This document shows positions 9,631 through 20,663 of a stretch of DNA of 64,000 nt, piece after piece. Numbering within the stretch: position 1 is the first letter of the stretch; every line of letters begins with the position of its first letter. The stretch covers positions 500,607-564,606 of the forward strand of contig CAVPHD010000001.1 of the NCBI GenBank assembly GCA_963704165.1, in the 5' to 3' direction. The translations under genes and the position numbers were made by a program. The notes under the pieces are model-generated. The model was not told the DNA's origin, made no database searches, and saw only the letters and a program-made list of their open reading frames with translations. Source of the DNA: an uncultured delta proteobacterium. Its GTDB lineage: Bacteria > Myxococcota_A > UBA9160 > SZUA-336.

Positions 9631-11889
9631 TCAGTACTCCCTTTGTGCCTGCAGAACGGTGATCGCCGTGAGATTCACGATCTCGTCGACGGTCGCGGTG
9701 CGCTGGAGCGAGTTCATGGGATTGCGCATGCCCATCAGGATCGGGCCGACGACCGTCGCATTCCCGATCGATCCGATCATGCGCGTGGCGATGTGCGCGG
9801 ACTCGAGATTCGGGAAGATCAGGACGTTCGCCTCGCCCTTGATCTCGGAGAAGCCGAAGCGCGTGGCGCGGCGCACCGGGTCGAGCGCGATGTCCGCCTG
9901 CATCTCACCGTCGATCACCAGGTCCTTCCAGCGCGACTTGGCGATCTCGACGGCCTTCGAGAGTCGGTTCGTGCGCTCGTCGCGCACGCTCCCGTAGTTC
10001 GACGACGAAAGCACGGCGACGACCGGATCGAAGCCGAACCAGCGCGCGGTTTCCGCGCCGAGATCGGAGATGTCGGCGAGCTCTTCGGCCGAGGGCTCGA
10101 CGTTGACGGAGCCGTCGGCGAAGAACATCACGCGGTCCTTCTGGATCACGACGTAGACGCCGGCGGCGGCTTCGTGGCCGTCCGCGAGGCCGACGACTTC
10201 GAAGGCGGGCAGGATCGACTCCGCGTAGGACTTCGTGAGGCCCGCGACCAGGCCATCGGCTGCGCCCATGCGCACCATCATCGCGCCGAAGTAGCTGCGC
10301 CGGCCGATCAGGCGCTCCGCGTCCTGCTCGGTCACACCCTTGCGCTTGCGCAGCTGGACGAGCTCGCGCTGGTACTCTTTCTGCTCGCTCGAGAGATGGT
10401 GGTCGATGATGGTGATGCCATCCAGCGCGACGCCGACCTTCGATGCCTGAGCGCGGATCTCGACCTCGGTGCCGAGAAGGATCGGATGGCAGATCTGCTC
10501 CTCGTTCAGGATCTGAACCGCGCGAAGCACGCGCTCCTCGCTGCCTTCGGGGAAGACGATGCGCCTCGGCGCGCTCTTCGCCTTGTTGATCACCGTGCGC
10601 ATCAGCTCGCGCGAGCTGCCCAGGTATCGCTCGAGCCGCTCTCGGTACTCGTCGAGGTCGATCGGAACGCGCGCGACGCCCGATTCCATCGCCGCCTTCG
10701 CCACGGCCATGGATTCGTAGATCAGCACACGCGGATCGAAGGGCTTCGGAATGATGTAGTTCGGCCCGAACTCGAAGCGCTCGCCCGGATAGGCGTGAAA
10801 CACCTCTTCGGGCACGCCCTGCTCGCCCATCCGGGCCAGGTCCGCGAGCGCCTTCACCGCGGCGAGCTTCATCTCCAGGTTGATCTTGCGCGCGCGCACG
10901 TCGAGCGCGCCGCGGAAGATGAACGGGAAGCCGAGCACGTTGTTGACCTGGTTCGGATAGTCCGAGCGGCCCGTCGCCATGATCGCGTCGCCGCGCACTT
11001 CGGCGACCTCCGCCGGCGTGATCTCGGGATCGGGGTTCGCCATCGCGAAGATGATCGGGCTCGGAGCCATGCTGCGAACCATTTCCTTGGTCACCAGACC
11101 CGCGGATGCCACGCCGACGAACGCGTCGGCGCCCTTCATGGCATCGACGAGCGTGCGTGCATTCGTCTGGCGCGCGAATCGGGCCTTGTACTTGTTCATT
11201 CCCTCCTTGCGGCCCTCGTAGATCACCCCCTTGCTGTCGGTCATGAGGATGTTCTCGGGGCGCACGCCGAGGTGCAGATAGAGATCCGCACAGGCAATGC
11301 CCGCGGCACCAGCGCCGGCGAATACGACCTTGGTGTCTTCGATCTTTCGATTCGTGAGGATCAGCGCGTTGATGAACGCGGCTGCCGAGATGATCGCGGT
11401 GCCGTGCTGATCGTCGTGGAACACCGGGATGTTCATCTCCGCGATCAGACGCTCTTCGATCTCGAAGCACTCGGGCGCGCGGATGTCCTCGAGGTTGATC
11501 CCGCCGAACGTCGGCTCGAGCAGCTTGACGGTCTGGATGATCTTCTCCGGATCCTCCGTGTCGATCTCGAGGTCGAAGACATCGACGCCGGCAAAGCGCT
11601 TGAAGAGGACGCCCTTGCCCTCCATCACGGGCTTTCCGGCCAGCGCCCCGAGATTTCCGAGGCCGAGCACCGCGGTGCCGTTGGAGATCACCGCGACGAG
11701 GTTCCCGCGCGAGGTGTACTTGAAGGCGTCGTCCGGGTGCTTCTGGATCTCGAGGCAGGGCTCGGCCACGCCCGGCGTGTACGCGAGGGCGAGGTCGCGG
11801 GCGGTCAGGACGCTCTTGGTGGCGACGACCTCGATCTTTCCGGGCTTCCCCTTGCGGTGGTATTCGAGGGCCTGCTCCTTCGTGGTCAT
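9631..11889 (-). CDS. maeB: NADP-dependent malic enzyme with a C-terminal phosphotransacetylase-like domain
   Basis: Met50 of track ORF 9631..12036: [21 protein letters not shown]...YTPGVAEPC...[24 protein letters not shown]...FGGINLEDI...[11 protein letters not shown], followed by a PTA-like C-terminal half. Confidence 0.9.
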   Translation of the reverse strand: MTTKEQALEYHRKGKPGKIEVVATKSVLTARDLALAYTPGVAEPCLEIQKHPDDAFKYTSRGNLVAVISNGTAVLGLGNLGALAGKPVMEGKGVLFKRFAGVDVFDLEIDTEDPEKIIQTVKLLEPTFGGINLEDIRAPECFEIEERLIAEMNIPVFHDDQHGTAIISAAAFINALILTNRKIEDTKVVFAGAGAAGIACADLYLHLGVRPENILMTDSKGVIYEGRKEGMNKYKARFARQTNARTLVDAMKGADAFVGVASAGLVTKEMVRSMAPSPIIFAMANPDPEITPAEVAEVRGDAIMATGRSDYPNQVNNVLGFPFIFRGALDVRARKINLEMKLAAVKALADLARMGEQGVPEEVFHAYPGERFEFGPNYIIPKPFDPRVLIYESMAVAKAAMESGVARVPIDLDEYRERLERYLGSSRELMRTVINKAKSAPRRIVFPEGSEERVLRAVQILNEEQICHPILLGTEVEIRAQASKVGVALDGITIIDHHLSSEQKEYQRELVQLRKRKGVTEQDAERLIGRRSYFGAMMVRMGAADGLVAGLTKSYAESILPAFEVVGLADGHEAAAGVYVVIQKDRVMFFADGSVNVEPSAEELADISDLGAETARWFGFDPVVAVLSSSNYGSVRDERTNRLSKAVEIAKSRWKDLVIDGEMQADIALDPVRRATRFGFSEIKGEANVLIFPNLESAHIATRMIGSIGNATVVGPILMGMRNPMNSLQRTATVDEIVNLTAITVLQAQREY

Positions 11890-11968
11890 CGAGATCGTCC
11901 TTACGGAATGGGCTGCAACCCGGGGGGTGAAGATCGTAGCGCGAAGTGCCTCGGAACGCGGCGCGCGG

Positions 11969-14716
11969 TCAGCCGAGCAACGCGAGCGTGGTCTCGCGGC
12001 GGCGTCCCGTCCGTTCCTCGTCGGATTCGAGTTCACGCCGCTCGTCGGGCTCGATCGCGAAGACCCGCTCGCCCTTTTTCACGATGCTGCCGTCCCGACC
12101 CGCCATCAGGTTCCTCGTGACGGTGCCCGGGTACGGCGCTGCGACCTTGTTGAACATCTTCATGACCTCGATCACGAAGAGCGGCTGTCCGGCTTCGAAG
12201 TGCTGGCCTTCCTCGATCAACGGAGGCAGGTGCGGAGCCTCGCGCGAGTAGAACGTGCCGCCCATCGGCGTGACGATCTCGTCGAAGGCGGCGGGCGGAG
12301 GAGGCGCGAGAGCACGCGCGAGCTCGGATGCCCGCGATTCGTCGAGGAAACGCTCCGGAAACACGATCGTCAGGTCGTCATCGACGTGGATGTCGAGGAA
12401 GCCCGTGCGTGCACCCAGACGCGGGATCACGAGCAGAAGCTCGAGGCCCAGCTGAAAACCCCGGTGCGCCGCCACGCAGCGAGACCAGAGCGCGTCGTCT
12501 CCGCCGCAGAGCGCGGCGAGTGGCTCGCCGGCGAAGAGTTTCTCGAGCGCGCCCGCGTCCTTCGCGCCGGTCGCCGCTTCGACCGCGGCGTAGAAGGCGC
12601 GCGCGGAGTCGAGGACCGCCGCATCGTGCTGCCAGATCTGCTCGGCGGGCGGCTTGTCGGCGCGCGCTTCGAGATCGAGGAAGTGATGGAGGCGCTCGAG
12701 AAAATCGATCGGGTTGGCCTCGAACGACACCTTCGTACCATCGGTCTTCCAGAGCTCACCGTCGTAGCGGCCGAGGAATCCCCCGATCAGGTGCGCGTTC
12801 GCGAACAGCCGCGCGAGCGGACGGAGCAGCAGGGTCTCCTTCGCCTCGAGCGCCGCGCGCGCGGCGGCATCGGACGTGCGCCCGACGAGCTGCGAAAAGG
12901 CGAACTCGAAGTCGATGCTGCTCGCGGTCTGCTCCAGCGCCCCGACCGCGCCGAGATACGACGTCATGAAGCGCGTGTTCGGCTCGGCCATGACGCCGTG
13001 TCCGAGGAACCATTGGATCAGCCCGTAGTGGACCTCGCGGTTCGTCTGCAGATCGTCGCCCCGCAGCTCCATCCGCCGCAGGATCTCGGCCATGCGCTCG
13101 TAGTTCTCGAGTCGTGATTCCCCGTGTGTGAGAACCAGCGCGATGTTCGAGTCGTAGGCGCCGGCGACGTTGTAGTAGACGAACGAATTCGTGTCGGGAT
13201 TGCGGATTCCGATGCCCTGATCGAAGCGCACCTCGTCGGGAAGTGGCCCCGACCAGCTGCGGATCAGTCCGCCGGCGTGGGGCTGGAGCGCGCGATTGGT
13301 CGCGTTGACCCGCACTTCGACCGCGGAGAGATTCCGCGCCACGCGCTCCGGCTTCGGCACGCGCTTCCCATGCGCGGCGAGCAACGCCATCGCCTCGATC
13401 AGGCGCTCGACGTAGAAGTGCTCGCCTGGCTCGTCGGGGTTCGCGAAGCGCAGGCGATAGGCGAGCTCGGTCACGACGTGCTCGACCTGGATTCGCGTGT
13501 TCATCTCCATGAAGAAGAAGTCGAAGCCGTCGACGATGCACTCGAACGTGGACACGGAGTCGAGTCCGGTCGCCGAACCGAACCGTTCGCTCTCGGCTTC
13601 CATTCGCGCCAGATAGCCGCGGTCGCCGATCAAAACCTCACGCGTCGCTCCGCTCGCACACTCGATCTCGGCGTCGAGCAGCTCCACGGTGAGCGAGACT
13701 TCGATGAGCTTCTGCTCGTGCATCTGCACGGAGCAGTCCCGTCCGCCGAGCGAGATGCACCAGTCACCGTTGCCGATCAGCTGGATCTCGTTGTGGCGCG
13801 TGCGCTCGATGTTCAGCTCGACCAGGAAGTTCCGGTTCGAGCCTGGCTCGACGACCTTGGACTCGGCGCAGACGTCCATGACGGCGGCGGCGATCTCCTC
13901 GGGTTTCGAGACGACGCGCTGTCCCTTCCCGCCACCACCTCCGATGTACTTGAAGCGGATGCGATGCGTCGGATAGTCGCGCCAGATTCCGGCACAGACG
14001 CGCTCGGCTTCCCGCTGCAGATCCGCGATCCCGACGAGATCGACGCCCGCCGCGTAGCCCGCCTGCAGCAGCGCCTCCGCATTCAGCTCGAGCGAATCCT
14101 TGCCGCTCCAGGTGAACACGAGACCGGCATCCTTCGCCCGCTTCTCGAGGCCCTTCCGGTCCTTCGCGAGCTCGAGCAGCGCGCGCGTGCTGACGTCGTC
14201 CACGCCGGGAATCACGGCGTTGCCGAGTCCACGGGCGAGCTTCTTCGCCTCGTCCTTCGCGCCGGCGCGTCGGAGCACGTGCGACGACGGACCCATGAAG
14301 CCGATCCCGGCGCGCTCGATCGCCTCGACGAGGTCCGCGTCCTCCGCCATGAATCCATAGCCGGCGAAGACGTGCGTGTAGCCGTGCTCGAGCGCGATCG
14401 CGACGATCTCGCGGATCCGCGCCTGTTTCTGCTGCTGACCCGATCCCGTGTAGTCCTGCACGCGATGCACGTTCTGCGGGAAGCGGAACGAGCGCAGCTC
14501 CGGTGCGAGACAACGCGGGTAGACCACGGAGTCCTTCTCCGAGAGCAGCATTCCGTACTCGCGCACGCCGATCTCGTCGAAGACCTGGAAGGCCTCGAGC
14601 CTCACCGGGCCCCGGCAGACCACGAGCACCTTCAGCGCATCGAGAGCGAACGAGCGCAGCCACGGGCTCTCGCATTCGCCGAAGCGCCGCGGCACGAGGT
14701 CGCGATCGAGCATCAC
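11969..14716 (-). CDS. 915-aa biotin carboxylase-BCCP fusion (acyl-CoA carboxylase alpha-like, atypical)
   Basis: Track ORF 11969..14716. It has ATP-grasp motifs ([41 protein letters not shown]), a long middle region, and a C-terminal biotinyl domain ([23 protein letters not shown]). The ATG overlaps the stop of the carboxyltransferase gene. Confidence 0.8.
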   Translation of the reverse strand: MMLDRDLVPRRFGECESPWLRSFALDALKVLVVCRGPVRLEAFQVFDEIGVREYGMLLSEKDSVVYPRCLAPELRSFRFPQNVHRVQDYTGSGQQQKQARIREIVAIALEHGYTHVFAGYGFMAEDADLVEAIERAGIGFMGPSSHVLRRAGAKDEAKKLARGLGNAVIPGVDDVSTRALLELAKDRKGLEKRAKDAGLVFTWSGKDSLELNAEALLQAGYAAGVDLVGIADLQREAERVCAGIWRDYPTHRIRFKYIGGGGGKGQRVVSKPEEIAAAVMDVCAESKVVEPGSNRNFLVELNIERTRHNEIQLIGNGDWCISLGGRDCSVQMHEQKLIEVSLTVELLDAEIECASGATREVLIGDRGYLARMEAESERFGSATGLDSVSTFECIVDGFDFFFMEMNTRIQVEHVVTELAYRLRFANPDEPGEHFYVERLIEAMALLAAHGKRVPKPERVARNLSAVEVRVNATNRALQPHAGGLIRSWSGPLPDEVRFDQGIGIRNPDTNSFVYYNVAGAYDSNIALVLTHGESRLENYERMAEILRRMELRGDDLQTNREVHYGLIQWFLGHGVMAEPNTRFMTSYLGAVGALEQTASSIDFEFAFSQLVGRTSDAAARAALEAKETLLLRPLARLFANAHLIGGFLGRYDGELWKTDGTKVSFEANPIDFLERLHHFLDLEARADKPPAEQIWQHDAAVLDSARAFYAAVEAATGAKDAGALEKLFAGEPLAALCGGDDALWSRCVAAHRGFQLGLELLLVIPRLGARTGFLDIHVDDDLTIVFPERFLDESRASELARALAPPPPAAFDEIVTPMGGTFYSREAPHLPPLIEEGQHFEAGQPLFVIEVMKMFNKVAAPYPGTVTRNLMAGRDGSIVKKGERVFAIEPDERRELESDEERTGRRRETTLALLG

Positions 14717-16386
14717 TCGAACTCCCGCTGCGGGCCGGACATCGGCGAGGGCGTGTACGTGCGCATCAGGAACGCGAGGTGCTCGCCGAGCACGCGCCGG
14801 CTCGTGCCCGGCATGACGATGCGCGACACCGAGCCGAGCGAGAGCGCCTCGTTCGGATTCATCAGCTCACGCTCGTAGCGTTCCCGGAGCTGCTTCAAGC
14901 CGGCATCGCGCGCGCGCCGTGCCTCGGCGTCGTCGGACCCGTTCGCGAGCGCGTTCTTGTATTCGGCCTCGATCGCGCGAAGCTCGTCCTTGAAGACGAA
15001 CTGCGCGCCACCCCCCGCATCCATCACGGAGATCCGCGCCATCGGCATGGCGAAGACCGCGTCCGCGCCGGTGAAGTGGGAGTTGTAGGCGGCATAGGCG
15101 CCGCCGAACGCGTTCCGGATGATCAGCGTCATCGAAGGCACGCGGATGTCGATGATCGCGTCGAGCAGGCGTCGGCCTTCGAGGATGATGCCGCGCGTCT
15201 CCTGATCGGTCCCCGGGGTGAATCCGGAGACGTCCTCGAGAAAGATCATCGGCACGTTGTAGAGGTTGCAGAAGCGGATGAATCGCGTTCCCTTGCGCGC
15301 GGCATCGACGTCGATCTGACCGCTCGCGACCGCGGAGTTGTTCGCGATGAAGCCGACCACGTGGCCGCCGATCCGGCCGAACGCGGTGATCAGGTTTCGC
15401 GCGCGTGCGGGCTGCAGCTCGAAATACTCGCCGTGGTCGACGATCTGCTGCAGGAAGAGCGTGATGTCGAGCGGTGCGCTCATTCCCGCGGGCGAATCGA
15501 ACGTCTTGCGGAACAGGATGTCCTCTTCGACGGTGAACCGGTCGATCGGATCGCTCGTCGGCCGGAACGGAGCGGAAACGCGGCAATTGTCGGGGAGATA
15601 CGAGAGCAGACGGAGCGCGGTGCGCAGCGAGCCGACCTCGTCGGTCGTCGTCAGATCGCAGACTCCGTTCAGCCCGTGCACACCCGGGCCGCCGAGCGCG
15701 TCCGCCGTCACGTCCTCGCCGAGTGCGGCCTTCACGACACCCGGCCCGGTGAGCCCGATGAACGTGTCGGTGCACTGGACCATGAACGAGCCCTGGCGCG
15801 GCAGGTACGCGCCGCCGCCGGCGTTGTAGCCGAACATCAGGCTGATGCTCGGCACGACGCCCGAGATCCGGCGCAGCGCCGTGAACGCCTCGCTGTAGCC
15901 GTCGAGTCCACCGACGCCCGCGGGCACGAAGGCGCCGGCCGAATCGTTCATGCCGATCAGCGGGATGCCGCGCTCCGCCGCCATGTAGATCAGCCGCGCG
16001 AGCTTCGCGCCGTTGGTCGCGTCCATCGAGCCGGCGCGGAGCGTGAAGTCGTGACCGTAGACCGCGACGTCGCGTCCGCCGATCGAGAGCACGCCCGTGA
16101 CGATCGACGCGCCGTCGAGCGACTTGCCCCAGTTCTGCCAGAGCAGGTTCGGCTCGCGGTCGGAGAGCACCTTCAGGCGCTCGAAGACGGTCATGCGGTT
16201 CTTGGCGTGCTGGACGCGAACCCGCGCCGGGCCGCCCCCGCGTTTTGGCCGCTCGAGCAGCTCGAGGCCGCGCTCGATCGATTCCTCGTAGACGGCGGCC
16301 GACGGGTGCAGCGAGGCAACGGCCTTCGCTGGCGCGCTCGCGGCCAGCGGATTCTCTAGCAGGTACTTCGGAGTCTCAGTCGCCAT
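14713..16386 (-). CDS. acyl-CoA carboxylase carboxyltransferase (beta) subunit
   Basis: Met31 of track ORF 14713..16476: ...[13 protein letters not shown]...[29 protein letters not shown]...[11 protein letters not shown]...GGGAYLP...[29 protein letters not shown]...[11 protein letters not shown]. This is a carboxyl-transferase fold. Confidence 0.85.
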   Translation of the reverse strand: MATETPKYLLENPLAASAPAKAVASLHPSAAVYEESIERGLELLERPKRGGGPARVRVQHAKNRMTVFERLKVLSDREPNLLWQNWGKSLDGASIVTGVLSIGGRDVAVYGHDFTLRAGSMDATNGAKLARLIYMAAERGIPLIGMNDSAGAFVPAGVGGLDGYSEAFTALRRISGVVPSISLMFGYNAGGGAYLPRQGSFMVQCTDTFIGLTGPGVVKAALGEDVTADALGGPGVHGLNGVCDLTTTDEVGSLRTALRLLSYLPDNCRVSAPFRPTSDPIDRFTVEEDILFRKTFDSPAGMSAPLDITLFLQQIVDHGEYFELQPARARNLITAFGRIGGHVVGFIANNSAVASGQIDVDAARKGTRFIRFCNLYNVPMIFLEDVSGFTPGTDQETRGIILEGRRLLDAIIDIRVPSMTLIIRNAFGGAYAAYNSHFTGADAVFAMPMARISVMDAGGGAQFVFKDELRAIEAEYKNALANGSDDAEARRARDAGLKQLRERYERELMNPNEALSLGSVSRIVMPGTSRRVLGEHLAFLMRTYTPSPMSGPQREFE

Positions 16387-16495
16387 GCCGGGGGCCCCTC
16401 CAAAGGCCAGAGCTTCGGCCCTCGGCCCGACCGCGTCGCTCGCCGGTGGGGGGCGCAGGATACCAGATCGCCCCATCGACCCGTCCGGGTCGCTC

Positions 16496-17146
16496 CTAGC
16501 GGTTCTTCACCTTCTCCCAGTCGGCCAGGAACTGCTCGATGCCCTTGTCGGTGAGCGGGTGCTTGGCGAGCGCGAAGAGCACGCCCGGGGGCATCGTGGC
16601 GATGTCGGCGCCGATGCGCGCGGACTCGAGGACGTGCAGCGGGCTTCGGATGCTGGCGACGAGGATCTCCGTCGGGATGTCGTAGTTCTCGAAGATCTCC
16701 TTGATCTGGGCGATCACGGCCATGCCCGATTCGGGCTGGATGTCGTCGAGTCGACCGACGAACGGCGAGATCATCGAGGCGCCGGCCTTGGCGGCCATCA
16801 ACGCCTGGATCGGCGTGAAGATCAGGGTGCAATTCGTCGGGATCTCCTGGCTGGAAAGGATCCGGATCGCCTTCAGTCCCTCGGTCGTCATCGGGATCTT
16901 GACCACGATGTTCGATGCGACTTTGCGCCACTCGAGCCCTTCGCGGACCATGCCCTCGGAGTCGAGCGAGACGACCTCGGCGCTGATCGGGCCGTCGCAG
17001 ATCTTCGTGATCTCGCGGACCACGTCGCGCGGATCACCTTTCTCTTTGGCGAGCAGGCTCGGGTTGGTGGTGACGCCGTCGCACAGGCCCAGCGCCACGC
17101 CCTCGCGGATGTCGGGAACGTGCGCCGTATCGAGGAAGAACTTCAT
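16496..17146 (-). CDS. fsa: fructose-6-phosphate aldolase / transaldolase (short TalC/Fsa type)
   Basis: Met20 of track ORF 16496..17203: [15 protein letters not shown]...[14 protein letters not shown]...[14 protein letters not shown]...NCTLIFT...[10 protein letters not shown]. Confidence 0.85.
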   Translation of the reverse strand: MKFFLDTAHVPDIREGVALGLCDGVTTNPSLLAKEKGDPRDVVREITKICDGPISAEVVSLDSEGMVREGLEWRKVASNIVVKIPMTTEGLKAIRILSSQEIPTNCTLIFTPIQALMAAKAGASMISPFVGRLDDIQPESGMAVIAQIKEIFENYDIPTEILVASIRSPLHVLESARIGADIATMPPGVLFALAKHPLTDKGIEQFLADWEKVKNR

Positions 17147-17171
17147 CGCGGATCCTCCAGGGGGTCGGATC

Positions 17172-17663
17172 TCACAGTTTCTCGACTCGGAGGGGATCGT
17201 CAAGGTCGGCGAGCAGGGCTGCGACCGTGCGCTTCTGCCCGGGCGCGACGAGACCCGGGGCGAGCTCGGCGAGCGGCGCGAGAACGAAGCGGCGCGATGC
17301 GAGACCGGGATGCGGCACGGTCAGGGCGTCGGTCCGGAGCTCGAGGTCGCCGAAGATCAGCAGGTCGAGGTCGAGCCGGCGCGGGGCCCAGCGCTCGCGC
17401 TGCGCGGGCCGGCCAAATCGGCGTTCGAGCGCGAGCAGGCGGTCGAGACAGGCCGACGCGTCGCCCTCGAGCTCGATCTCGACGACTGCGTTCACGAACC
17501 AACCCTGTGGCGCGGCCGAGCCGGGCTCCGCCAGCGGCTCCGTGCGCCAGAGCGACGAGGCCCGACACGGCCCCCAGCTCCAGAGCTCTGCGATCGCCGC
17601 CCGTACCTGCGCTTCCGCGGCGCCGAGGTTCGCGCCGACGCCGACGTAGGCCTTCGGGCTCAG
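17172..17663 (-). CDS. folK: 2-amino-4-hydroxy-6-hydroxymethyldihydropteridine pyrophosphokinase (HPPK)
   Basis: C-terminal third of track ORF 17172..18182: (L)[13 protein letters not shown]...SLWRTEP...[10 protein letters not shown]...[10 protein letters not shown]...RRLDLDLL...[23 protein letters not shown]. No ATG/GTG/TTG lies near the N-terminus. The only candidate start is CTG at 17663, overlapping the lspA stop. Confidence 0.75.
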   Translation of the reverse strand: MSPKAYVGVGANLGAAEAQVRAAIAELWSWGPCRASSLWRTEPLAEPGSAAPQGWFVNAVVEIELEGDASACLDRLLALERRFGRPAQRERWAPRRLDLDLLIFGDLELRTDALTVPHPGLASRRFVLAPLAELAPGLVAPGQKRTVAALLADLDDPLRVEKL

Positions 17664-18182
17664 CCTTCCTTCTCCCCGGGCAGGCTCGAGCGGCTGACGC
17701 CGTCCTCGGTCTCGTGGGTGACGACATCGAGGAGCAGCAGCACGACGCCGATCACGATCGCAGAATCGGCCACGTTGAAATCCGGAAAGACGAAGAGCCC
17801 GAAGATCGAACTGCAGGAAGTCCACGACCTCGCCGCCGCGCAGGATCCGGTCGATGAGATTGCCGACCGCGCCCGAGACGATCAGGCCGAGCGACACCGC
17901 CGAGAGTCGGTCGCCGGGCTCGATGCGCCGGAAGAACGATCCGATCATCACCAGCGCCACGAGCGCGAGCACGACGAAGACGATCACGGGCAGACCCTGC
18001 GCGAGACCGAGTGCCCCGCCGGGATTGCGCGCGTGGGTCACGCGGAAGAATCCATCGAGCATCTCGATCGGCACCCAGTAGCTGCCGCGCTCGATGTACG
18101 CCGAAACCAGGCTCTTGGTGATCTGATCGAGCGGCACGATCACGGCGATGAGCGCCAGCAGGGTGCGAAGCTTCGGGGTCAT
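17660..18182 (-). pseudogene. lspA: lipoprotein signal peptidase II; one +1 frame break at ~17801-17808
   Basis: Track ORF 17172..18182 begins MTPKLRTLLALIAVIVPLDQITK...FRVTHARNPGGALG...GAVGNLIDRILRGGEVVDFLQF. The conserved end ...FGLFVFPDFNVADSAIVIGVVLLLL...EKEG* is one base out of frame, with its stop at 17660-17662. Confidence 0.8.
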
Positions 18183-18203
18183 GGCTCGCTCTCTACCAAA
18201 TCG

Positions 18204-20587
18204 TCATCGCCCGCGCCCGAACCAGCCAAGGACGCTCTCGAGCGCGCGCCGGACCGGATTCTCGCGCGATCTCGAGGCCGGTGGACGGGTCCCCGTCGGC
18301 TTCTGCGCAGAGTCGGAGCCGAGACCACGGAAGATCCCGCACACGCCTTCGGGCGCCGTTCCGCGCAGAAAGACCTCGCGATCGCCCCCGCACATGAATC
18401 CGGCGCGAAGTCCCGATTCCACGTCGACGTCGACCGATTCGACACCGGTGGGGACGGTGAACTCCTCGGCGGGCGCCTTGCCCCGCGCGACTTCGAGCAC
18501 GTCGGCGAAGATAGGAAGCGCAGCGACCGAACCGGTCACGCGCGCGCTCTCGCCGTCGTCGAAACCGACCCAGACGGCGATCACGATCTCGGGCGTGTAG
18601 CCGATGAACCAGGCGTCGCGGTAGTCGGAGCTCGTGCCCGTCTTGCCGGCGATGTCGCCGCGGAATCCCATCGCTCGCAGCGCCGCCCCGGTGCCGCGGT
18701 CGACGACTCCCTCGCAGCGCGGAGGTGACCAGGTAGACCTCGGCCGGGTCGAATGCCGTCTCGGCCTCGCGAGGACGCTCCTCGAGCACGCGTCCGTCCG
18801 CGCGAACCACACCGGTGTAGGAGCGCAACATCGGCAACGAGCCCTCCGCCGCGAGCACCGAGTAGGCCCGTGCGACCTCCAGAACCGTGACCTCGAACGA
18901 TCCGAGCGAGACGCTCGGCACGGGCGCGAGCGGGCTCTTGATGCCGAGTCGCCGCGCCGTCTCGACGATCCGCTCGGGACCGACCGCGATGCCGAGCTTC
19001 GCGATCGGAACGTTCAGCGACTTCTCGATCGCCTCGCGCAACCGTCACGGTGCCGTGGTACTCGCCGTCGTAATTCACCGGCTTCCAGGTGCCGCTCGGA
19101 AGCTTCAGCGTGAACTGCTCGTCCTCGAGCTTCGAGAGCAGCGTGAAGCGAGCCGCTCCGGCGCTGCGTCCGACCGCGGCGAGCAGAACGATCGGCTTGA
19201 AGACGCTTCCCGGCTGGCGCAGCGCCTGCGTCGCGCGATTGAACTGGCTCCGCTTGTAGTCGCGACCACCGACGAGCGCGAGCACCTCGCCGCTGCGCGG
19301 GGAGAGCGCGACGACCGCCGCCTGAAGCGGGGACTCCGGCCGGCGCAGCTTCGGATAGTCCTTCTCGAGCCGCTCGAGGCCGCGTCGTGACCGCCGCGTT
19401 GGCCGCACGCTGCAGCTCGGCTGTCGAGCGTCGAGTAGATCGCCATCCCCTCGCTCTGCAGGATCTCTTCGCCGTATCTCTCCGAAAGCTCCTGACGCAG
19501 CTCCTCGACGAAGTACGGCGCGACGTGCTCGTCCACGTACACGTCGCGCACGCCGAGATCCGCGATCAGCGGCGCTCTCGTAGGCATCGCGATCGATCCT
19601 GTTCTGCTCGCGCAGCACGGAGAGCACCAGGTCGCGGCGTTTGCGCGCGGCCTCGGGGTGCTTGTACGGCGAGTAGAGATTGGGACCCTTGATCATCCCG
19701 GCGAGCAGCGCGGCCTCGGGCAGCGTGAGTTCGCCGACCCGCTTGCCGAAGTAGTGCTGCGAGGCCTCGCCGACGCCGTGGATGGCGACCGAGCCGCGCT
19801 GGCCCATGTAGACCTCGTTGAGATACGCCTCGAGGATCTCGCGCTTGGTGTGATTGCGTTCGAGCAGGAGCGCCATCAGCGCTTCCGTCGCCTTGCGCGT
19901 GAGCGTGCGCTCATGGGTCAGGTAGAAGTTCTTCGCGAGCTGCTGCGTGAGTGTGCTGCCGCCCTGCACGACGCGGCGGGCGCGCAGGTTGGCGAGCATC
20001 GCGCCGGCGATGCGCCAGACGTGGATGCCGCTGTGCTCGAAGAAGGACTGGTCCTCGACCGAGATGATCGCATCGACGAGCGCCGGAGGGACGTCGGCGA
20101 GGGCTTCGAGACGCCGATCCGCTCGTTCCACGCCGTGAAACTGCGCGATGATCTCGGGCTCGAGCGTCGCCGACGCGAGCAGGTCGCCGGCCGGGTCTCG
20201 CACCGCGGCGATGCGAGTTCCGGTCAGGCGCAGCGCGAAGAGCCGGGCCGGGTCGTTGCGGTCGGGCAGGCGCACGGCGCGGCGGTAGATCTCGAGCAGC
20301 TCCGCGGACTTCCGGTACTCGCCCGGCCGAAGCGGCCGTTTGGCGCTGACGGCCACCAGATAGCCCATCCGATCGAGCCGTTCGCGCAGGCGAATCCGCT
20401 CGATATCGGTGCCGGGGCGAAGCTCGAGCGGCCGCGAGTACACGCGAGACGGAACGGCGAAGAGTCGGCCCTGGAAGCGCGCCTCGACCCGGTCCTCCAG
20501 GTCCGAGACGGCGCGGAGACCGAAGACCCCCACGAGCACGAGGAGGATCGCGAACAGGAGCGTCGCTCTCGGGAGATGTCTGCGCAC
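18204..20587 (-). pseudogene. mrcA: class A penicillin-binding protein 1A (glycosyltransferase + transpeptidase); five +1 frame breaks (~19570-76, ~19417-22, ~19381-88, ~19041-44, ~18706-12)
   Basis: Track ORFs 18581..20587, 19105..19587, 18193..19041 and 18204..18812, plus a short untracked frame, form one protein. Motifs: SVEDQSFFEHSGI, GGSTLTQQLAKN, RKRRDLVL, / PLIADLGVRDVYV...IYSTLDS / ELQRAANAAVT / RGLERLEKDY...RQPGSVFKP (SxxK) ...HGTVT / LREAIEKSLNVP (SxN) ...SALRG / VVDRGTGAAL...GKTGTS (KTG). Confidence 0.85.
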
Positions 20588-20663
20588 GAGCAGAGCTTAT
20601 TGCGCGCGAGTCGCTTGCGCGCCCCCCTTCGCGCGGGCATCCTCGTCCGGCCCCGAGGGAAGA

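Noticed and set aside
9643-12120. Very long ORFs in the track that lie antisense to, or out of frame with, strong homologues. Examples: 9643..12120 (+, 825 aa), 7856..9997, 11429..13117, 13124..14878, 14503..16359, 16701..18728, 30416..32284, 36513..37832 (-), 37950..39581 (-), 42066..43781 (-), 44400..46769, 46910..48808, 49803..51539, 25081..26346 (-) and 62279..63721 (-).
   Set aside because: Their translations are Arg/Ala/Gly/Pro/Asp-rich, low-complexity strings typical of stop-poor alternative frames in very GC-rich DNA. Each overlaps a gene with unmistakable conserved motifs on the other strand or frame.
17172-18182. LspA-FolK bifunctional fusion protein, as suggested by the 336-aa ORF.
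   Set aside because: The conserved LspA C-terminus (FPDFNVADSAIVIG...) is present but one base out of frame and has its own stop at 17660. The 'linker' in the fused frame is Arg-rich noise.
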